A DNA stretch of 62,660 nucleotides, from positions 1-62,660 of the forward strand of contig JBIKWF010000011.1 of the NCBI GenBank assembly GCA_044356455.1, read 5' to 3'. Under the pieces are notes generated by a model. The model was not told where the DNA came from, made no database searches, and was given only the letters and a program-made list of their open reading frames with translations. This document shows positions 56,979 to 62,660 of this stretch, piece after piece (the first letter of the stretch is position 1; every line of letters begins with the position of its first letter). The translations under genes and the position numbers were made by a program. Source of the DNA: Bdellovibrionota bacterium (lineage in GTDB: Bacteria; Bdellovibrionota_C; UBA2361; JBGSMV01).

Positions 56979-57138
56979 GCGAACTTCGTCGGCACTCAGG
57001 GGGAGGGTCTTGAGGCTCTGCCGAGTAGTCTTTGTGATGAGCCCCTATTACAGGGACTTATGGAGGCCTTTGACGCTTATCCACGCTTGAGAAAGGGCAG
57101 AAAAAAGAGGTAGGTTAGGCGGCGTTTAAGGCTCACTT

Positions 57139-57990
57139 ATGACAGCAGCGCTTGGCACCCCTCCCGTAATGGACCTCAGCATAAGCCTTCGAGGCAAAGT
57201 AGCATTTGTTACAGGAGGATTCCGTGGAATTGGTCGTGAATGCGTCAGGTCTTTATTGGCGCATGGAAGCCGCGTGGCATTTACCTTCGCTGAGGGCCAT
57301 GAATCGCAAGAGGAGGCCGCGGCCTTAGTAGCTGAAAGCCCTGACTGTCTTTCAGCTCACCCCCTCGATCTTAAGTCGCTCTCCTCAATTCAAAGCAGTA
57401 TGGAAGCTGCCATGAAAAAGTGGGGGAGGATTGATATTCTTGTAAATAACGCTGCCGTTGGCTCAGCAACCGTTAAGGCCTTTGCTCCTGATGCGAGTAC
57501 TCAAGATTCGGCTCTGCTTGCGATAAATGCAGACGGTGCGCTGAAGGTCTGCCAGACGTTCTTAGCTCTCATGGGTAATGATGCCTCAGAGTCTCCCCTG
57601 AAAATCATAAATGTGAGTTCTGTGGGCGGAGGAGTGCAGGTGTTCCCTGGCTTTCGGCTCGCTGATGGTATGAGCAAGGCAGCCGTTGCTTTTCTTACCA
57701 AGCAGCTTGCGGCCGAGCTTACTCATTCCAAGATAGACGTGTTCGCGATTTGCCCCGGAGCAACTCAGACTAAAATGTTCCAGGCCAGCACTCTTGATTC
57801 GATGAATGACGGGGAGCGAGAAGCTTTTGTGCATTCTCTTCCCAAGCATCGGCTTATCGAGCCCTCGGAAATTGCCTCTTTAATGGTATTTTTGGCTTCG
57901 GGATATTCTACTCCTCTGCACGGAGCCGTCATTGATGCCTCCATGGGGCTCGGAGTGCGGCCGGGGATGGTGACGGAGAAGGCGCACTGA
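57139..57990 (+). CDS. SDR family oxidoreductase (DxxSK variant), paralogue 1
   Basis: VTGGFRGIG, IDILVNNAA, INVSS, DGMSK, ICPG. Confidence 0.9.
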   Translation: MTAALGTPPVMDLSISLRGKVAFVTGGFRGIGRECVRSLLAHGSRVAFTFAEGHESQEEAAALVAESPDCLSAHPLDLKSLSSIQSSMEAAMKKWGRIDILVNNAAVGSATVKAFAPDASTQDSALLAINADGALKVCQTFLALMGNDASESPLKIINVSSVGGGVQVFPGFRLADGMSKAAVAFLTKQLAAELTHSKIDVFAICPGATQTKMFQASTLDSMNDGEREAFVHSLPKHRLIEPSEIASLMVFLASGYSTPLHGAVIDASMGLGVRPGMVTEKAH

Positions 57991-58038
57991 TTATAGATTG
58001 GATTGCATGTTGTTTGTGTAGTGAAGGATGTTGTTGTT

Positions 58039-58941
58039 ATGAATGCAGGTCCTAGTTCCGCAGTTGGTTCCTCAAAAGATCCTCTTCAAAAGCCTCCTAG
58101 TTTAGGTTCTCGGTATCTCCCCACGCTAGATTGCCGCGCGAGCATAGAAGGCAAAGTCGCACTTGTGACAGGTGGAGCCAAGGGCATTGGTCTTGAAGCA
58201 GTAAAGAGCCTGCTTCGAAATGGGGCTCACGTTGCTTTCACTTATAACCGCTCGGCGGATAGAGCAAGAAGATTTGCCGCGTGCGCGCCAGAGCGTTCCT
58301 CCATTCACCAGTTAGACCTAAGTAGCGCAGATTCGATCGCTGCAGCGGTAAGTGAGGTGCGTGAGCGATGGGGCCGGATAGATATTCTTGTACACAATGC
58401 AGCCGCAGGTTCGGCTACAATTAGGCACTATGAGAAGGACCCCGCAAAGCTCGATGAGTCGATGATTGTGATTAACCTGCTTGGGACTTTAAGAGTCTGC
58501 GAGGCAGCCATGCCACTCTTACAAGAAGGAGCGCGTGACTATGCGCGCAAAATTATCCTTCTTAGCTCAGTGGGTGGAGGAATTCAGGTGTTTCCTGGGT
58601 TTAGGCACTCAGATGGTGCAAGCAAAGCTGGAGTAGCGGCCTACGCCAAGCAGCTTGCCGCGGACAATGTACATACGAAAATTGATGTGTTCGCAATCTG
58701 CCCTGGAGCTACCGACACTCCGATGCTTCAGGAAAGTACACTTAACCACTTAACTGCTCCAGACAGAGAGAAGCTGCTTAGCCATCTTCCCAAACGCAGG
58801 CTTATACATCCGGCGGAAGTTGCGCAGACTATCGTGTTTCTCGCTTCTCAGCATTCTACTTGCCTTAATGGAGCGGTTCTGGATTGCTCGATGGGGCTGG
58901 GCGTTCGTCCAGGGCTAATAACTGAGGCTGGTGGGCATTAG
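58039..58941 (+). CDS. SDR family oxidoreductase (DxxSK variant), paralogue 2
   Basis: VTGGAKGIG, IDILVHNAA, LLSS, DGASK, ICPG; ATG 58039 follows AAGGA. Confidence 0.9.
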   Translation: MNAGPSSAVGSSKDPLQKPPSLGSRYLPTLDCRASIEGKVALVTGGAKGIGLEAVKSLLRNGAHVAFTYNRSADRARRFAACAPERSSIHQLDLSSADSIAAAVSEVRERWGRIDILVHNAAAGSATIRHYEKDPAKLDESMIVINLLGTLRVCEAAMPLLQEGARDYARKIILLSSVGGGIQVFPGFRHSDGASKAGVAAYAKQLAADNVHTKIDVFAICPGATDTPMLQESTLNHLTAPDREKLLSHLPKRRLIHPAEVAQTIVFLASQHSTCLNGAVLDCSMGLGVRPGLITEAGGH

Positions 58942-59055
58942 GAGTTAACTGCCGCAGTGGGGAGTTAGTTCTGTATGCTCTCGTAGTGCCTTACGGAGTT
59001 TATTGAAGACTGCCTGCATTCGAATCCTGCCGGGCACTCGTGCGATATACTATAC

Positions 59056-59075
59056 AAAAAACCCACTTGGGGGCT
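59056..59075 (-). terminator. Possible weak terminator of the URC1-URC4-upp operon
   Basis: Minus strand AGCCC-CCAAGT-GGGTT followed by a T run. Confidence 0.35.
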
Positions 59076-59200
59076 GCAAGAGACCTGCCCTGCCTAAATC
59101 CGTGGTTGTCCAGCCCATCTTTTTTCGCCGGCTACCTCGGGAGTGAAGCCGGACTATCAAGGGTAGGATAGCCGCAAAAGGATATGCTTGGGACTCCCCT

Positions 59201-59833
59201 TTACTTCGTTCCGAATAGTCTGTCCCCAGCATCGCCAAGCCCAGGAAGAATGTATCCCTTTTCGTTCAGGCACCTATCGAGCGCGGCGCTAAAAATTGGC
59301 ACATCGGGATGCTCATCGTGAAAGTTTTTCACGCCTTCAGGCGCGGCGAGAAGGCACACAAAACGGATTGACCTTGGGGTGGCTTCTTTAATGCGGTGGA
59401 TGGCAGCGACGGCAGAATTCCCCGTCGCGAGCATGGGGTCAAGAACAATGACCTCGCGATCGGCAATGTCCTCTGGGAACTTGCAATAGTACTCAACGCT
59501 TTGGAGGGTTTTTGGTTCGCGGTAGAGTCCGATATGCCCCACTCGCGCGGAAGGAATGACTTCGAGCATGCCTTCAAGCAAGCCGAGACCCGCGCGTAGG
59601 ATTGGAACAAAAACAATTTTCTTTCCTTCGAGCTTCCAGGCTGAGGTTGTTTCCAGAGGTGTTTCAATACTTATTTCGCGTAGCGGGAGGTCGCGTGTGA
59701 TTTCATACACCAAAAGAAGGCTTATCTCCTTAAGGAGTGTTCGAAAGAGCCACGACGGCGTGTCTTTCTTGCGCAGGATAGAGAGCTTGTGCCGAATGAG
59801 TGGGTGATCAAATACGTGTAATGAACGATTCAT
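59201..59833 (-). CDS. upp: Uracil phosphoribosyltransferase
   Basis: [41 protein letters not shown]. Confidence 0.97.
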   Translation of the reverse strand: MNRSLHVFDHPLIRHKLSILRKKDTPSWLFRTLLKEISLLLVYEITRDLPLREISIETPLETTSAWKLEGKKIVFVPILRAGLGLLEGMLEVIPSARVGHIGLYREPKTLQSVEYYCKFPEDIADREVIVLDPMLATGNSAVAAIHRIKEATPRSIRFVCLLAAPEGVKNFHDEHPDVPIFSAALDRCLNEKGYILPGLGDAGDRLFGTK

Positions 59834-59841
59834 GACTTCTC

Positions 59842-61089
59842 CTAAAATACAGTTCCGTCGCTGATAACTTTAATTGGTGGTCCTGAGTCGCTGCGGCGCT
59901 CGGCCGCGAGCCTTCTTCCTGCTGCCCACGTGCCACCTTGAAGAATCTTGGCGAGGGGCATGGTGGTGGGTGTGAACGCAGCGTTTTGGTTTGACCCCAG
60001 TGCGCTTCGCACAAGTGGCGCAATCTCGTCCAGCAAACTTACCGTAAGGGCGCGCCACTCTACTATGGGAATGTCCCCCACGTTCCAAGCTTTGGTGAGG
60101 ATCTCTTGCGACCGCGGAACTATTGCTCCTCCGTCAAGAAAGAGTCCGCCGTTTCGGTATTCCGCAAGTCCGGTGAGCTCATCAAGACCCGTTACTTCTA
60201 TCCCATGCCACTCAAGCGGCTCTATAAGAGAGTAGCTGAGCCACTGGGAAAGTTTATGAAAGGGCACAAGCTGCGTGGTCTCATCATTGGTGACCACGCC
60301 CGGGTGGCGCCAGACGTCTCCAAGGTTATGACCATGCAGCTCTAGTCTGCCAGGCCAGATGGGGCTTAGAGTTTCAAGGATCTGAGAGAGTATGGCAGTA
60401 GCGGGGAGGCGCTGAGAGGTGACTTGTGTAAGCAGCTTTTCAAAGAGGCCTCCCGGTCTCCCGCCTATGCTATGCAAGGCTGAGCCAAGGCTCTTAAGTA
60501 GCTGTACTCTACCCTCTAGTCCTGTCATGGGGTTGTGCGCATCAACTTGGAACAGTGCTTCAAGATCGTGTGTGGTGAGTTTTTTGAGCCTTTCAGCGTC
60601 CACCCGCAGAGGATCCTCGGCATGGGATGAGAACACGCCACGCATGAAGGCATCAAAACTCGCAAGAGCAAGCCCCTCGCTTCTTCCGATACAAAATCCT
60701 TTTTCGTCTCGGTATTTCCAGGCCATGCCAGCGCCGGCATCAAGGAGCACGCTGACCACGATTAAATCGTAGAGCGACTTGCCTCTTTCAACAGGAGTTC
60801 GTTTCGCGAGCAGATCTTTTAGACCTGCGGTGCGTCTTCCTCCTTCACCAGGCGGCGAGAAATGTCCGAAGCGACTGTGATAAGGGATTTCTAGTGTGGG
60901 GTAGCTGGCGCGAGTTACTTCAGCAACTAATGCTGCAAGTTTTGGCAGCGCCGAGACATCCAAGGTAAAGTAGCTACTTTTCCCCGAAGCGACAAAGTCA
61001 TAGACCAGCCGGCAACGCTTTCTCACCGCTTGAGAACTTCGCAGGCTTTTTACAGCAGGGGAGACGGGCGGGAGAGTAGGGGCACTCAC
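59842..61089 (-). CDS. URC4/urg3 (DUF1688) family protein
   Basis: [55 protein letters not shown]. Confidence 0.92.
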   Translation of the reverse strand: MSAPTLPPVSPAVKSLRSSQAVRKRCRLVYDFVASGKSSYFTLDVSALPKLAALVAEVTRASYPTLEIPYHSRFGHFSPPGEGGRRTAGLKDLLAKRTPVERGKSLYDLIVVSVLLDAGAGMAWKYRDEKGFCIGRSEGLALASFDAFMRGVFSSHAEDPLRVDAERLKKLTTHDLEALFQVDAHNPMTGLEGRVQLLKSLGSALHSIGGRPGGLFEKLLTQVTSQRLPATAILSQILETLSPIWPGRLELHGHNLGDVWRHPGVVTNDETTQLVPFHKLSQWLSYSLIEPLEWHGIEVTGLDELTGLAEYRNGGLFLDGGAIVPRSQEILTKAWNVGDIPIVEWRALTVSLLDEIAPLVRSALGSNQNAAFTPTTMPLAKILQGGTWAAGRRLAAERRSDSGPPIKVISDGTVF

Positions 61090-62357
61090 AGATCTCTTCC
61101 CTTCTTCTTCTTTAATTCAGCGGCATCGGGAGCGCCTTCAGGAGTAAAGTAACCCGCGGCCTTTTTTGCATCCATTTCTACCTGGGCATCTTTAGGGATG
61201 TAGTGGTCAGGAATCGGGACGCGTTCCTTGATCACTATCCCCGCCTTGGTCATGGCGTCATACTTCATGTTGCTCATGGAGACGAGGCGATCGATGCGAG
61301 TGATCCCGAGCCATACCAAAACGTCTGGCATGAGTTCCTGAAAGCGCATGTCCTGAACTCCTGCCACACATTCTGTGCGTAGGAAGTAGGACTCAGCCCG
61401 GTCTCCGCCCTCTTGGCGCTTACGTGCATTGTACACCAAGAACTTGGTTACTTCGCCAAGCGCGCGGCCCTCTTTGCGGTTGTAGACAATAACTCCGCCG
61501 CCGCCCTGCTGCGCTGTTCTGATGCACTCTTCAATCCCATGCACGAGATACGGGCGGCAGGTGCAAATGTCTGACCCAAACACATCAGAGCCATTGCATT
61601 CGTCGTGAACTCTCACGGCGAGAGGTTTTGAATGGTCGGTGAGAGCTTTGAGGTCTCCAAAAAAGTATAGAGTTTGACCGCCGATGGGGGGCAAGAAGAC
61701 GTGCAAATCAGGGCGCGTGATGAGCTCAGGAAACATTCCGCCCGTATGCTCAAAAAGCCCGCGGCGCAAATCTGTTTCAGAGATCTCAAAACGCTCCGCA
61801 ATGCCCGGCAAATACCAGACAGGCTCAATGGCTGCCTTCATTACACGGCAGTCTCCTGCTTTGGTGAAAATTTCCCCGTCCGGCGTGATGCGTCCCGCTT
61901 GGCTCGCCTGCAGTAACTCGGGCATGTTCATGTGGGCATGGGTAATCGCGATGGTGGGGCGAATGTCATAGCCCTTATCGTAGTAGGGCTTAAAAACACG
62001 CTGCACGCTGGCGCCCCAAGGGTCAAGTGAGACGATGCGTTTGGGGTCGTACCAACTTTCAAAGGGCCCAATCTCATCTGCCGGCGCGGTGTTTGTGAGA
62101 TCGGGCTTGTGCATGGCGTCAAGAGCTCCCGCACTGATGGCGAGAGCGCGGTATACAGAATAGGAGCCAGAGTGCGTGCCTATGCAATTGCGGTGCGCCG
62201 GATTAGTGAGCGAACCTACAATGGGGCCGCGTTGCATGGGGTCTTTGGCGCCCCAATTGATATCAGGAGTATCTGCTCCGCTGGCACGTGGGTGGGACGT
62301 GAGGACGATGTGTTTCTTTTTTGAGGACTTCGGGGCGTTAGAACTTTCTGTTGTCAT
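61086..62357 (-). CDS. URC1-type GTP cyclohydrolase II family protein
   Basis: IVLTSHP, RGPIV, IGTHSGSYSVYRAL N-domain; RVHDECNGSDVFGSDICTC, KEGRALGEVTK; GTGA overlap with URC4. Confidence 0.92.
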   Translation of the reverse strand: MTTESSNAPKSSKKKHIVLTSHPRASGADTPDINWGAKDPMQRGPIVGSLTNPAHRNCIGTHSGSYSVYRALAISAGALDAMHKPDLTNTAPADEIGPFESWYDPKRIVSLDPWGASVQRVFKPYYDKGYDIRPTIAITHAHMNMPELLQASQAGRITPDGEIFTKAGDCRVMKAAIEPVWYLPGIAERFEISETDLRRGLFEHTGGMFPELITRPDLHVFLPPIGGQTLYFFGDLKALTDHSKPLAVRVHDECNGSDVFGSDICTCRPYLVHGIEECIRTAQQGGGGVIVYNRKEGRALGEVTKFLVYNARKRQEGGDRAESYFLRTECVAGVQDMRFQELMPDVLVWLGITRIDRLVSMSNMKYDAMTKAGIVIKERVPIPDHYIPKDAQVEMDAKKAAGYFTPEGAPDAAELKKKKGRDL

Positions 62358-62396
62358 ACGTTATTTCTTTTCTATTCAGGACTGGCTTGAGTTTAC

Positions 62397-62533
62397 CTAG
62401 GGAGCCTCTGAAAAAGTCCACTCTGTGATCTCTGTGCCCTCTGTGGTTGATTTAAATTGTTAAAAAACCACAGAGGGCACAGAGATCACAGAGAGAAAAG
62501 ATAAAATATCGAGGTTTTTCAGAGTTTCTCTAG
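62397..62533. mobile_element. MITE-like element, family A, copy 5
   Basis: CTAGGGAGCCTCTGAAAAAGTCCAC...TTTTTCAGAGTTTCTCTAG. Confidence 0.88.
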
Positions 62534-62658
62534 CTCATCCAGTTTGCCGCGCTAGTGGCGTTTACGTGGGTTTCCTCCCATTTAGTCGTAACTTTCTTCA
62601 AGGAAGACCAAAATTCAACCGCGCTCATGCCGGTAATATCTCCTGATCCGAACTTCGA
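62530..62658 (-). CDS. 3' end of a gene that extends beyond the window
   Basis: Only open minus frame from the edge (SKFGSG...ANWMS); its TAG lies in the MITE terminal CTAG. Confidence 0.45.
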   Translation of the reverse strand, partial: SKFGSGDITGMSAVEFWSSLKKVTTKWEETHVNATSAANWMS

Positions 62659-62660
62659 TT

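Noticed and set aside
59040..59200. SRP, 6S or riboswitch RNA downstream of upp
   Set aside because: Several small hairpins but no recognisable conserved motif such as the SRP GGAA/GCAGC loop; an Rfam scan would be needed
27073..62357. Calling either GCH-II-like gene ribA
   Set aside because: One is URC1-type by its N-domain and operon; the other is a divergent tandem protein without riboflavin context
20483..62533. CTCTGTG/CACAGAG repeats as a CRISPR array
   Set aside because: They are dispersed inverted repeats with no repeat-spacer periodicity, and no cas genes are present

Overview
62.7-kb bacterial chromosomal window of moderate GC. The nuo arrangement suggests a Bdellovibrionota/deltaproteobacteria-like lineage, which is inference only. 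1-12.2 kb is the complex I operon nuoD-E-F-G-H-J-K-L-M-N with no nuoI. 12.4-30 kb is mixed housekeeping genes: cobB, HU with a histone-H1-like tail, a GT-C glycosyltransferase, trmO, NagD-type HAD, DUF6526, DMT, FadF-like Fe-S oxidoreductase, CorC/CNNM, a degenerate PHP protein, and a two-domain GTP-cyclohydrolase-II protein coupled to a SIS protein. 30-48.5 kb is an accessory-like block: a RAYT HUH transposase, large orphans, a Fic-plus-ADP-ribosyltransferase fusion, a PP2C-like gene overlapping a GalK-GlmU-like fusion, and glycosyltransferases. 48.8-62.7 kb holds a DoxX pair, a proteasome-beta-like protein, a ligase-associated exonuclease next to a catalytically eroded DNA ligase, a beta-helix protein, two SDR paralogues with Asp replacing the catalytic Tyr, and a URC1-URC4-upp uracil-catabolism-type operon. 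Intergenic DNA contains five ~136-bp CTAG-bounded MITE-like palindromic elements, shorter relatives, a second MITE family, a GTAG REP doublet and a six-hairpin cluster. No rRNA, intact tRNA or CRISPR array was seen. The most notable candidates are the Fic-ART dual-enzyme toxin, the atypical GCH-II/SIS and Asp-SDR/URC nucleotide-metabolism genes, the MITE/RAYT repeat system and several intact-ORF pseudoenzymes. All calls come from motif reading by eye; no searches were run.
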